From NCBI GenBank assembly GCA_013239625.1, contig PNXV01000239.1:1-64000 (forward strand): a stretch of DNA of 64,000 nucleotides. The letters run 5' to 3'. The notes below the pieces were generated by a model, which was given only the letters and a program-made list of their open reading frames with translations, had not been told where the DNA came from and ran no database searches. Made by a program: the position numbers and the translations under genes. This stretch comes from Lama guanicoe. Its lineage: Eukaryota. Below are positions 36,120 through 49,673 of the stretch, piece after piece. The first letter of the stretch is position 1. Every line of letters begins with the position of its first letter.

Positions 36120-38759
36120 GAGCCCCTGCCGTACAATTTGCAGATGGAGAAAATGAGGCCCAGAGGAAAGGAATGGTTGGCCCAGGGTCACACAGTGAGT
36201 CAGTAGCATCCTACAGCAGGGCTTGTGGGGCAGGGAGGCCAGCCAGTGACAGACCCAGTGCCGTAGCCCCCTTCCTTCTGCTCTGTTCCCCTCCCCATCC
36301 CCAGGCATCCTCTGTCTAGTCCAGCCTCAAGTCCCTTGGTCCACAATCTGCAAGGCCCAGGCTGTATCCAAATAAGTGGTTGATGTTTGCACGACAGAGT
36401 TTGTTACCAAGGAGCCCAAGTGTTAAAAGTTTTAAGTGCCGAGCCCCTATCATGGTCACCACCTGGCTGGGTAGTGAGTGAATGGAAGAGCAGAGGGGAC
36501 ACCATCCTTCCCCTGCAGACCCGGGAGGGCCTTGGGCAGAATGCAGGGGATAGGACCCTGTGCTGCCTGGGACCTCAGAAGTCAGACTTCAGGTTCTTCT
36601 CAAGAAATGACCAGGTGACAAGAATCATAAGGAAGGCCTGGGCACACCTAGAGCATGGCTCCAACCAGGGAAACTGTCACCCAGTGTCCTGGGCCCACAG
36701 CAACTCAAGTACTCGGAGGAGAAGAACAGTATTCGGAAGGGCTCCTGGAAAAGGTGGATACAATTTGGGCATGTTGGTTTGGTAGAGAGAAGGAAAAGCT
36801 ACCTTCCAAGCAGAGGGACCATTGTGGGGAATGATGGCAGTAATAAAACAAAGGGAGTGTTTGGAGACCTCACAAATAGCTCACAGTTACTTTTATCATG
36901 ACTCAAATAATTAACTACAATTTATCGAACGCTTACTATGAGTTGGGTCTCAAGCAAGAAACTTCCTATAGTCTCCTCTTTAGCCCTCATAGGGGCTCTG
37001 AAATTCCCCATTTCACAGTTACAGCCACTCCCTCGTGGGGCACAGGCTGGAAAGGAAATACCTATAAATGGGAATAATTTTACCCACCTGCTAGTGCTGG
37101 ATGAGGCTGCAGTCACTCAACTACAAGATCAGAGATTATGACTTATTTTTTCATCTTATTTCTTCAGCGCAGAGCCTGGCACATAACAGGCACCCAATCA
37201 ATGTTTATTGAATGAACGAATAAATTAAGTGATTACCCTTAAACTAAGGGATTTAGCATAAACATCCTTCAGCATTCAGATATCCAAGGTCACTCAGTCA
37301 AGGATGAGGATGTAAGCTAACCTTCTACCACCTGTGCTGCTGCTTTCGAGGGGTTCTTTATCGAGCTGGGTCTGGCATGCAGTAGGCACTCAGTAAATGT
37401 GGACTGAATGGCTGGCAGCCCTGCTCAGTATGGGCAGGGAAAGTGCTCTGAATTCAGAAATAGGGCACCCAAGTTCAGCTGCCCACTTGTTTGCTGCCCA
37501 CCGTGTGGCTCTGAGCATTCACTTAACGGAAGTGAGGTTCCTCCCTCACCTACAGACTGGGGCAAGTTATGCTGAGTAGATTCATGGTTTGCTGTGAGTC
37601 TTAAATGCAGGACTGTGTGAAGCCCCTCTATGAGCCTCCAAGCGCTGCCCCCAAGGAGAGATTATGGTGATTATGGTCCTCGTGGGAAGCTGAGTATTAT
37701 TTTGGTGGCATGCGATAGATGGTAGAGTGGGGTGTGTGAGTCAGAGGGGGGAGGGCTGTGTGGCTGGGGGTGCGGTGAGGTGCCAGCCACACCACTTCCC
37801 AGCTCCTGATGATTTATTCCAATCAGCCTGCATATTTCATGTGCTGCCTCCCCACACCAAATAAATAAATCAGGGCCTCCTCCTCTGAGCAGTAGGAGCT
37901 GACTGGGGCTGAGACTTCAAAAGGCAGAGCAGGGATGCTGGAGTTCCCAGCAGAGTCTGCTAATGTGACATTTAGGATCTGGGTGACCCCGGCAAGCGAC
38001 AGCCGCCTGCACAGTGTGACACCTCCCAAATGGTGGGGAGACCTTTTCCGGGAGAAGGAAGTGACTTTTACAGCCCTATTTTCTACCCCACACTCAAAGG
38101 AACATAGGCAGAAGTGTGGCCTATGGGATTCCCTGTTCCGTTTCCTGAATGTTTATAAGAAACCAGCAGTTCACCTGCATCTCTGCAAAGAAATTCGCTT
38201 AAAGCCAGAACCCTAGCAGGCAGCTTTTCCAGGCACATGCCTGGAACTCCTGCTGCTGTGTTGCTTTATAACCACTGGGCATTTTGAGGACCAGGGTCTG
38301 CAGCTCTGGAGACCTGCCTGCCCCACAGGTAGACAGGTGGGCATCTCTCTCTCTAGTGATTACACTCAGGTGGCCTATGGAGGGAGGAGTTCAGCACAGA
38401 GCTGTCACCTCTCACGGGTCCCATCAAGGCAACCCTGTCAGGGAAGAGCATGGACTGTGGGAAGTCCTGGGTTTGAACCTGGGCTCTGCTCTTAGTATTG
38501 GTGGGGCCCTGGGCAAAGCTACAACCTGCCTGAGCCTCAGTTTCCTCATCTGTAAAGTGGGACTGAAACCAGCTACTCCACACAATTGTGAGACCTAAAC
38601 AAGAAAAGACACCTGAAGGTGGATCCCCTTGGCCCTCCCCACGCACTCACCAACCCTGTCCAAGCCTGCTCTGCCACAAAGGCTCCACTCCTTGCCTTTG
38701 GCTCTCTGCCCCTAACCCCACCTTTCCCTGAATCAGCTTCATCTGTGGTCACCAGTATT

Positions 38760-39420
38760 CCCCCACAAGCCTTGAATAGACCCCATGTTCAAGAGGCATC
38801 TTGTCCCTGTCTCAGTGGCTTGTGGCATTGCTGGCCAGGTCCATTGTGAAATCATCCCTTTCCTTGTCTCCCATGATGCCGGCTCTCTCTTGGCATCCTG
38901 CTCCCAGAGTCCTGGCCACTCCTTCCCAGTCTCTTTGCAGCATCCTTGCTCTGCTCGCCCCGAGGTTGGCGCTCCCCAGGGTACTGCCCTTGGTCCTCTG
39001 CTCTTCTCGCTTGGCACTGTCCCTGGGGTCTCCTCCCTGACCCCTGCTCCAACTCCCAGCTTACGTGCTGATGGCCCCAACCCTTTCTTTCCAGCCCAGA
39101 CCACTTCCCCTGCTCCAGACCCAAGGATGTCTCCATCCTGGTGATCCACAGGCACCTCAGACTCAGCACATCCAGAACTTGTCATCTTCCCACCTTCTTC
39201 CTAGGTTTCCCACTCAGGGAATGGCACCTGAGCCCCCCAGTCACTTGCTTCACTCCCCTGTCCCTCATTTCCCTCACCAACTGATCACCCAGTTGTTCAG
39301 ATTTTACCTGAAACTGGAAAAAAGAAACTTGCATCAAATCTAATTCCCACCGTGCCATTCCTCCTGCCACTACCCTGAGCCAGTCCTCATCATCTTTGTC
39401 CCTGGCAGTGACTGAAACAG
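38760..39420 (+). mobile_element. L2 LINE internal fragment (RT-region remnant)
   Basis: ccccagggtactgcccttggtcctctgctcttctc, tgctgatggcccca, acaggcacctcagactcagcacatccaga. Confidence 0.75.
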
Positions 39421-39449
39421 TGACCTAAACCCACCAACAGAATAGTATC

Positions 39450-40075
39450 AAGGATGAAGATAAATTCAAATGTATCACTTGGGTTTGAGAATACACCTGA
39501 ATAAATGCATATGGAGGAACCAAGGAACAGGAGCATATGAAGGAGACTTTGTGTTTGGTGGGACACAGCAGAGCAATGGGGCCTCTGAAAGATGGGAATT
39601 TCACCTTAGGATACGTTAATAGGAATATAATGTGCAGACCGAAAGAGGAGATGGTCCCTTCTGCTTGCTGCTGAACAGGCCATGCCTAAAGTGCGTTGGT
39701 CAGTCATTGGTCTACACTCTGTCAGACAGTGACACTGTGGGGTGTGGCCCAAATTGGGGTCCGGATCAGCTGGAAAATAGAAAAGATGTTCAGTAAGGTG
39801 GAGTTGGGGGTTAGTGCCAGAGGGATGATCTGTTCTTGTCTTCAAGTCTCTAGGGCTCTCCTGAGGCAGAGGGAGATGGTCTGCGTGGTCCTAGAGGGCA
39901 GAGCCAGATGACCAGGGCAAGTTACAGAGAGATGATTCAGCTCAGTGACCCAGGAGAGACTTGGAAACAGGCAGATGGGGGAGTAGGCTTCCCATCCATA
40001 GATGTACAGCAAAGAACAGATGACCGGTTGATGAGACAATGTGAGAGAGTATTTGTTCCAACTTATATCAGGTTG
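39450..40075 (+). mobile_element. L3/CR1 LINE 3' fragment
   Basis: ccttaggatacgttaataggaatata, gtcttcaagtctcta, tcctagagggcagagccag, gattcagctcag. Confidence 0.6.
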
Positions 40076-40087
40076 GAGGTTTTGTGA

Positions 40088-40363
<276 letters not shown>

Positions 40364-40959
40364 TGATATTGTCTGAGAGTTGGGGACAAGCTCAGAATCT
40401 TTGGCTTCATGCAGAGGAGGGAACATCCTCTCCTCTCAGTCCATGCACTCACTCACTGAGGGCAGGGCCCCATCACTCAAGTGGGAGCTGGGTTCCAGCT
40501 CCTGGGTTGGGTCACTGGAATTTGCATGTAGTGCTGGCTCTCACCAAGGCATCTGTGTTTAAACCTTTGAATGGCCAGGAATAATTCTTTTTAAATGTGG
40601 CCCAGGTAAATTTCACTCTGTCCCCTCCTCTGGGAAAACACATGGACAGGCTGGTGATAAGGCTTTTTCACCTGCTGCTCTCCCTGGAAAACCATTCTCT
40701 CTCTTCTTCTGCTGGAGAATGCCTCCTTAGCCTCTAGAACCAGATCAAATGACCCCTCCTCTGTTCAGCCTTGTCTCATGGCCTCCAGTCTAGCTAATGG
40801 CTCCTTTCTCTTTGCTTTCATAGTCTTTATCTCTACCTCTCCCATGTCACTTTGCATTGAAATTAGTAGTTTATTGGACCATGAGCTCCCTGACTGGATC
40901 CTATTTGACTTTAAATTCCTGCCACCAGCCAGGGTCTGGCACATGTCGGGGGCTCAGTG

Positions 40960-41120
40960 ATATGTGATGAAAAAATGAATACATGATGGATCAAGAAAAT
41001 GGTTGAGTGGGTGGGTGAGTAAATGAATGAATGGGTGAGCATATGAGTCAGTGAGCAAGTGGGTGGATGGATGTATGTATATGTGGATGGGTGGATGAGT
41101 GGAAGGATGGGTGGGTGCAT
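40960..41120. repeat. (TGGA/TGAA)n low-complexity tail following an L2 3' end (~40610-40960); a similar tract lies at ~42800-42905
   Basis: tgaatgaatgggtgag...tggatgggtggatg. Confidence 0.85.
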
Positions 41121-44100
41121 GGGTGAATAGATGGATGGGTGAGTTGGTAGATGGATAGCCTAGTCATTGGGTGGCAATAGGGGAAGCCACCATACCCATA
41201 GCACCCAGATACTCTTACTTTGGTTCCCCTGCGACTGCAAAGAATGACAGCTGACTTTCTGTGCCTGGAGTTCCTTCTTAAAACCAAGGCCACCAGAGAA
41301 GGCTGTCCCATGGACCCTTTGGTTATTTTGTCATGTGCCTACATATCCACTGGATCTATGGGGTTCAGCAGAACTCCAGGTGGCCTCAAAGAGGAGGCGT
41401 GTTCTTCTCATTCCCACCTGAGGGAGCTGTCACCAAGCCCGTAGTCACATATTACCTCATGGAGCCACAGAAACATTCTGAAAGGTGAGTGGGCAAGTCC
41501 TGTCATCCCTGTTGTACAGATGAGAAAAGGGCTCAGAAAACGCCAAATTTGCACAGCCTGCGAGAGGCAAAGCCAGTGCTGACCACAAGAGTGATCCCCA
41601 AAGTGGGGCTGTTGGCTCCTCGACTCGGGGGATCTGGGTTTGCTAAAGAAGGGATTCTGGGTTTACAGTTTAAAAGAAAAACTCAAACAGAAAATAAATA
41701 AAAGTCATAAAACATAACTGAGAGGAAAGACATAAATTTAAAAATAAACAAAAAACCCAGCCAGGAACCCAATGGCTAAGTAATAGTGAGGAAGCTCTAG
41801 GCCAGGATAACCCTGAGGCCACAGCTCTTCCAGGCTCCCACCTCTGCTTTTCAGGCCTTCCCTGAACCTTCCAGAGGACAGATAACCAGTGTCTGAACCC
41901 AGAGCCAGTTAAGACGCCCCTGGACACAGGGCAGAGCCCAGCTCTTGTGTCCTCACCCGGCCTGGGTTCAGCTCTCAGCCTCTCACACCCAGACCCCTAC
42001 CCCAGCCCGCAATGGGTCTTACCCACCGCCAGTCTACCCCGCTCAAGTCCGTCCTGTCCATGCTGCAGTAAAGACACCCCACCTTTGCTCAGATGCCTGC
42101 ATAATCCCCCTTGCTCATAGTGAGAGGCCTCACTCCCTGGAATGGTGCCAAGGCCTCCATGAAGGACCCCGCCCCGCTTCTCTGCCTCCTCTTTCAGATC
42201 TCCCCATCCAAGCCACTTACAGTTCCACAAATGTGCCAAGACACTGCCGTGCCTCTGCCTGTGCTGGGCCTCTGCCCAGAATGCCCTATCCTCATCTTCC
42301 TGGTGAACAGCCAACTACTTATGTTCCTCTCAAGACTCAGCTCCCACTTCATCTGCTTTCTTTGACTTTCCTGGCCCCATCAGGGAGAACTGCACTCTGC
42401 TCCCTGCTTCCTACTCAGGCCTCTCTGTGCCTAATGTTATTAGACCACCTGGACCCATCACTAGAGGCAATGTGCACAGGCTTCAGGGTTATGCAGATCT
42501 GGGTACAGATCCTGCCAACTTTGCTACTTACTACCTATAGAAGCCACTTAATACCTAGGAACCTGTTCCCACATCCCGTAAAATGGGAATAATCTTCTCT
42601 ACTCATGAGACTGTTAGATGACCAAGTGAGAAAAGCTCTATAAAGTACTCAGCCTGTGGTAAGCATTCAATAAATGTGATTGCTTGTTATTGCCTTTTTT
42701 CTTTTTTAACATGGCTGGTATGTAAGTTCCCTGAGGACAGGAACTGTGTCTTGCTTATCTTTGAATCACTGGTGCCCCACACCAGGCCAGACAGTTGGAA
42801 AGATGATGATGATGAATGATTAATGATGATGAAGGAAGGAAGGGTGGTGGATGAAGGATGGTGATGAATGGATGAAGAACGGATGAAGAATGAATGAATA
42901 GATTGGGTGTGGAGCAAGAAACGGGGCTGCTGCTGTTACTAACACCTCTGATAAGCTCTTACCGTTTGGTTTCCGTAAAGACTTAACTAAGATGCATGGT
43001 GGGGAGGCGCCATTTGGGGGGAAAGGATGGTAGAATAAGAAGGTATTGTCAGTTTTCTGAAGGTGTTTCTACACAACCTAATGGTCGTGGTAGTCACGTA
43101 ACCTTTGACCCAAACCTCGCCCTCTTTCTTAGTGCCCAGAGACGGGCTTGTTTCCACCAGGAACTGATGCGCACCCACAGCTCTTTTGTTCAGGATCCAG
43201 AAGGCACCTGAGTCAGCCTAGTGCAGCCCAGGCTATGTGTGGGAGAGGGGATGAGGATGGGGAATGAGAGTAGAAATTTCTAAGTGTTGAGCTTTTACTT
43301 CTGGAGGCAAGAGAGGATGTTACCTCTGTCCCCTTGAGTCTGCTTTTGCCCTGACTTTTGGCTCTAGAGGCTACCTCTTATAAGTGTTACTTTGCATAGA
43401 AGTGAGTATTGCTTTACATTAACCAAGCCAGCAGGTTCCCAGCGGTTTTTGAACCTGGCAGCTTCCCTAGACTACTTAGATGGTTCAAACTCTTTTTACC
43501 CATTGAATGTTTCCAAACACATTTGAACCTGTTGGCAGAGTTTTTTACACACTGATGTTCGGGGGAGTTCTTAATCCCTGCTGCCACATCTGCCCATCCT
43601 CCTGGGAACAGAAGCATAACCAAGGCTGGCATCTGTGGCACAGCCATGCTGTGGTCATCGTGACCCCTGGTGGGTCTCCCAGGCTTGGCCCCTTTTGAAC
43701 ATCTGGCTGATTCCACACATCCCCACTGGAAGGAAAAGACCCAGATGTTCACAGTTTCACAGCAGAAACCTGATCTGAAATAGCAGCTGAGAAAGGAGAT
43801 TTGCCAGAAATGAGAGGTAGGCAGGTATGGAGGGGATGTTCCTGCATCGTTCCTCCCAAACCAGCCTTACCTGGTAAAACTAAAACAGGACAGTTTTGCC
43901 ACCATCCATAAAGATGAGTTTGCTCCAAGGCCCTCAGGGCTGCCTCAGGTTCCTGGCGCCCTTGAAGAATGAGCAGGGACATCCATACAGTTGCACAGAG
44001 GGATGGCATTCCACGGTTTCAGTCCAGGCTTGGCACAGCAGGGAGAGGAAGGCATGCTGGTAGCCTCTGCCTCCCACAGTCAGCAAGTCTTATGAAATAA

Positions 44101-44608
44101 AAAGAAAGAGATTTTATAACATAATGACCTTGAGGCAGAAAATCCGTAGCCAGAGCACATATACATCTCCATGGAATTGACAGGCAAGGTTTCCACCCTG
44201 TTGAGGAGTAGTCATTATCATGTCTCAGAGCAGAGTCCTTAAGAGCTCAAGCCAAGTTCCTCGCCCCCAGAGACACCCAGTGGTACCCATTCCCAGCACC
44301 CAGCCCTGGGCCTTTCAAGCCACTGGTACCTTTGGGGATAAATGGTGATGGTTTTTCAACAGGGTAATTAGACCAAATCAAATTCTAGTCTTCTAATGGC
44401 TATTAAATGCATCACAAATCCCTTATTGATTCTATTTAGAGAAAGAAATAAGTCCTGGCTAAGGCTCCCTGCTGGACAGACTGGCCAGTCTCCGAAGCCT
44501 GCTTACCCAGTGGCATGTCCTGCACAGCAGTTGTGCACAGGGGGCAGATGTCAAGGACATGCAGGCAAGCGTGTTCTCAGGGACTGACTGTGCGCTGGGC
44601 TCTGCTGA

Positions 44609-44782
<174 letters not shown>

Positions 44783-47544
44783 TAAGCCACTCATGCCCTC
44801 CTCTCAGATAGTGCTTTCTGGGTTGACAAGCCTCAGACAAAGTTTAGGACCATCATGTGACAGGTTCTCCAGGGGCACAGGGTAGTTTTCCAAAACATGC
44901 CCCTTAGTTGCTGGAATGTCATTAGATGTTTCCTGTGAATGTGCCCATGCCGGTGCGGACACACATTCACACCCACAGGCAGGGTTGCTGCTTGCACAGG
45001 AAGGCTGGGTTAAACAAAATTGAAGGCTCCAAGTCCACAGGCCTTCTTGGAACTTTCACTATGCTCACGCACTTTGTGATAGTCCAGGAGGAGAAATATA
45101 GGAAACAGAATTCCCCAAACATCTTTGCGCCCCCCACCCCAGCATCTTCCAGAAGCACTGCCCGAGGGGATCACTGAGGTCAATAAGAGCACTTCCCATC
45201 CCTACAGCACATCACGATCCAGGAATAGCCTCCATCATCATCTCAGTTGACCCTTGGATAACAACCCTGAGTACAGAGGAGAGCACCAGCTAATTGTTGG
45301 AGGGCTGCTGTCCAAGGCTGCATGGCTGCATGTGGCAGAACCCATCCCCTTGGTTTCTGGTCTTGATTCCTCTTCCCCCATGCCTGGCCTTCCCTCTCTG
45401 GAGGAGAGCAGCTCACTTTCTGTTATTCTGGTCAGTTGTGGGTAGAACTGGCCATTACCCCAGACAGTGGGGTGTTTACTGAGCACAACCGATTTCTTTG
45501 GTTTCCATAGCAAATCCTTGAACCCCGCTCTCTGCCTTGTTGTGGGAACGGCTGAGCAGGGGCTCAGAGTTCAGCCGTCAGGGGCATAGCCTTGGTGCCC
45601 ACCCGTGGGCGGTACAGCTCTGCCATTGTGCCCAGAAGCCATGCTGCATGATCTCCCGGGCTGCCAGGAACAAGAGCAGTTCCAAGAAGAACAGGTTTTT
45701 CTCTCTCCCTGCTTGCAAAGGAGAAACTTGGAGGCTCCAGATTTTCTGTTGTGGTTTTTGGTTTTGGTTTTGGTTTTTTTTTTTGGTAGCCGCTACTTAG
45801 TCAAACCTATTTCCTAAAGAACAAAAGTTTAATTCACCTGTTGTTTTATTTATCACCAATATCACATATATTGCCAGCAAAAAAACTGAAGCAAATCTCA
45901 TCTACTCCATACAAACCTTAAATGATGACCATGCCTATTAGCATTTGGCACAAGACCTGGGGACATAGTCAGCTCTTAATGTTAGATTCCCTTCCTACAA
46001 GCTGCAAGTGTTCTCATCATAACAGCAAGTTGTCCCTGTCCTTTAATTCTTTAACTACCCCCTCTTGACCTCCTAAGGGGAATTACCATTACTCTTTCCA
46101 GTAGGCTGTTTTTCATGTGAATTTTTTGACTGGCTTTGCAGATTAAAAAAATCTGCAAAGACATAGGAAATAAATGTCACTGATTTCAGATCTCCCTCAC
46201 TTCTATCTTTCTAAATGCTTCTCATCCTTTAAGGTCCACCTCCTCTAGGAAGAAGCCTGCCCCAACTCCTGGCCTCCCTCCTCCCCAGCTTTCTGTGGTA
46301 ATAAGAATGAAGGGGCTTTAGCAGTTTTTAGTTTGCAAAAGGACCTCCAGGGACCCAGTCTCCTCTCAGCCTCACAAATGCCCTAGGCAGTGGGACCTGT
46401 GCTTTTATAGTTGAGGAAACTCAGCCAGCTAATTGACTTGCTAAAGGTGCACCTTGTGGGGTGACAGGGGCCAAGTGCTGGACCCAGGGCTCCCAACTCA
46501 AAAGCCTGTGAGTGGGTCACAGTTTATAGCACACTTTTTATTTCTCTACTACTTTGACATTACATTTTTTAAATGTGGAAGGATGAATATAAGTGCAGAA
46601 TGCAAAAGAAAATGTTGGGGGAAGAACTGACCATAATTACAATCTGCAAAAGAGCATCTGGACCACGGGGTGCCTGAAAACCCAAGACATTCTGAACGGA
46701 TTGTGCTAGGGGAGCCAGGCACTGCTGCGGGTAAATTCCAGCCAACCGATGGTTTAACCCAGCCCTGGCTTGCTGTGCTTCTGGGAGCCACAGCAGGATT
46801 CCTCAAGAAAGTGAGAGAGAAGAATGTAGAGTTTGTAGGGTTTGGGAGTATAAAGAATGCCCCCCAACAGCAGTCTGGTGAAGACAGGAGGAGAAGTTGG
46901 GGTGGGGAATCCATTGTCCACCTCCATCACCTGGTGACAGGGAGAGGTGCTCCTACTCACGCGTGTGGCCCTCTTTGTGCCCAGTTCAGTGTGAGCTTCA
47001 GATAGCCAGAGTGGATACTCGCTTACCACCTGGTGACCACAATTCCTGAGCAGCCCTGAATTCTCACCTGTACACCTCCTAGATCTGGTCCACTCAGCAT
47101 GGGAGATTGTGGTGTGGCCATCTCCTCCCTCACTGTGGAAGGTAGCTGAACTTAAATTAGAATTCTCTAGTTTTGGCTGTCTTCCCAGTTGCAGCCAAAA
47201 AAACCCAAAACAAACAAACAAAAAAACAAAAAAAACAAAAAACCCTGTTGACTGAACGTCTTTGTGTAAACTAAAAATTAATGGTTGAAGAAGCTAGAAG
47301 CTGTCTCCAGAGAAGTGATAGGTGAACTTGACTGAGGAGAAAGGGAAATCAACAACCAGAAATGATAGCATCCGGGGTCCTTTAGTTGGAGGGAAGCAGC
47401 CCCTTGGAGGTGGCACAGTCTTGGCAGGGTGGGCAGTGGAGGAAACCAGGGCTTTCATTTTTCTCTCTCCCTCCAGCTTTTGTGACAAGGTACACATTCA
47501 GAAAATATGTGCTGAAGGAATAGCTCCATTCACAGTCCTGTTAA

Positions 47545-47739
<195 letters not shown>

Positions 47740-48147
47740 TAAGGTTTTCTTGGTGACCACAATCACCAAAAACACAGAAATGCATGGACTACATGAACAG
47801 GCAGCAGACAGCCCGTTCAGCCATGTCGGCAATTCAACAGGGCAGCGTGGTGTAGCTTTTAGACCAGAATAGACTTATGTATTGCTGGTAAAATTAGGAT
47901 CATGTATTTAACAGACCATTGCTGGGAGACAGCCTACTGAGAATGACCGGATAACCTAGAAAAGCAAGGGAGAAAAACGACCACACGTAAACGCATCGTG
48001 CCTGGGGGCAGGGTCAGGGCTGTGTAAGAAAGAAATAGTCTGCCCGTCGACCTTGATAACCACCAGAGTATAAGAAGAGATGTCTCTGTAAGGGTGACTT
48101 TGAGTTGTACAAGAAAAAATAACTATCCTTATTCTCTATTTAATTGC

Positions 48148-48530
48148 AGTGTTTCTCGACCCTTTGTTCTCAGTTACTTTCCTAAGGAGATTTTCTAGAC
48201 TTTCTTTTCTGATCATCCCCTCTTGAAATTTCAATATCAAAGATATACTGTATGTCTGTTCATATACTATACGTATAGCTATAGTTACTACATAAAAGGC
48301 TAACATTTTTTCACATTCAAGAACCAATGTTTGGCGGGAGGGGATAGCTCAGTGGTAGAGTGCATGCCTAGCATGCAGGAGGTCCTAGGTTCAACCCCCA
48401 GTACCTCCATTAAAAATAAATAAGTAAGTAAGCCTACTTACCTCGCCCTCCCCCCAAAAAATTTAAATTAAAAAAAAAACAATGTTTGCCCCCACCTTGG
48501 GAATTATATCACCACCCACTAAGAATGAAT
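48148..48530. mobile_element. hAT-Charlie MITE (MER119-like) interrupted by a SINE
   Basis: Begins cagtgtttctcgacc; caagaaccaatgttt[SINE]gccccc...actaagaatg. Confidence 0.5.
48334..48479 (+). mobile_element. tRNA-Ala-derived SINE of the camelid type (vic-1-like)
   Basis: Head gggaggggatagctcagtggtagagtgcatgcctagcatgcaggaggtcctaggttcaacccccagtacctcc with A box and B box; C-rich spacer; A tail; TSD core caatgtttg at 48325-48333 and 48480-48488. Confidence 0.9.
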
Positions 48531-48919
48531 ATATTTAAGAAAGCCCAAAACAGTGTAATTTGTTTACTATATTTTAGAAATATTATTTTGAAAATTAACA
48601 TGTTTAAAATTTTTGATGCCTAGTTGTTGTTGTTGTTAATTTTTTTAAGGAGTTTGTACATTAACAATTAGCAATTATGTAGAACTATCGGTTGAAAGTA
48701 GTATTGGTTTACTTTTTAAGATGAGGATGAACAGTTGGGATTTATTTCTGGACTTCACTATGATCTCTCAAAACTGGGTTAGACATTTGGGTCTCTCCAT
48801 TGTCGCAAATGCAGTAATGTATCCAATTCCCTGCCTAGAGGACCAGAGCTTGAAGGGATGATTAAAGGATCAGTGTTGACCAGATTAATCCAAAAGCAAC
48901 TCTTTTGTTGTTGCTGGGT

Positions 48920-49673
48920 GTTTTTTCTTTCTTTTTTTTAAACATTTTTTTTATTGAGTTATAGTCATTTTACAATGTTGTGTCAAATTCCAGTGTAGAG
49001 CACAATTTTTCAGTTATATATGAACATACATACTTTCATTGTCACATTCTTTTTTGCTGTGAGCCACCACAAGATCCTGTATATATTTCCCTGTGCTACA
49101 CAGTACAATCTTGTTTATCTATTCTGCATTTTGAAATCCCAGTTCCTTCCCACCTCCTGTACCCCTAGAAACCACAAGTTTGTATTCTATGTCTATGAGT
49201 CTGTTTCTGTTTCGTATTTATGGTTGGTTTTTTTTTTTAGATTCCGCATATGAGCAATCTCACATGGTATTTTTCTTTCTCTTTCTGGCTTACTTCACTT
49301 AGAATGACATTCTCCAGGAACATCCAGGTTGCTGCAAGGTTGCTGCACGTTATGTTATTGGTTTTTATGGCTGAATAGTATTCCATTGTATAAATATACC
49401 ACCTCTTCTTTATCCAGTCATCTGTTGATGGACATTTAGGCTTTTTCCATGTCTTGTCTATTGTAAATAGTGCTGCTGTGAACACTGGGTTGCAGGTGTC
49501 CTTTTGAAGTAGGGTTCCTTCTGGATATATGCCCAGGAGCGGGATGCCTGGGTCATATGGTAAGTCTATTCCTATTCTTTTGAGTAATCTCCGTACTGTT
49601 TTCCACAGTGGCTGCACCAAACTGCATTCCCACCAGCAGTGCAGGAGGGCCCCCTTTTCTCCACAGCCTCTCC
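48920..49673 (-). mobile_element. Relatively young L1, 5'-truncated, with the ORF2 C-terminus still open
   Basis: ORF 49237..49833(-) contains [23 protein letters not shown]...PKCPSTDDWIKK...LICGI*; T tail; tgttgctg on both flanks. Confidence 0.95.

Noticed and set aside
41945..42592. 215-aa ORF
   Set aside because: It runs through L2 and MIR remnants, starts at a non-ATG codon and has no recognisable domain.
47878..48145. Possible additional LTR fragment
   Set aside because: It has a TG start and a TATA-like motif, but I could not assign a family, 3' end or TSD.
48334..48410. tRNA-Ala gene
   Set aside because: It has a SINE body, A tail and TSD, and the stems are mismatched; it is a tRNA-derived SINE.
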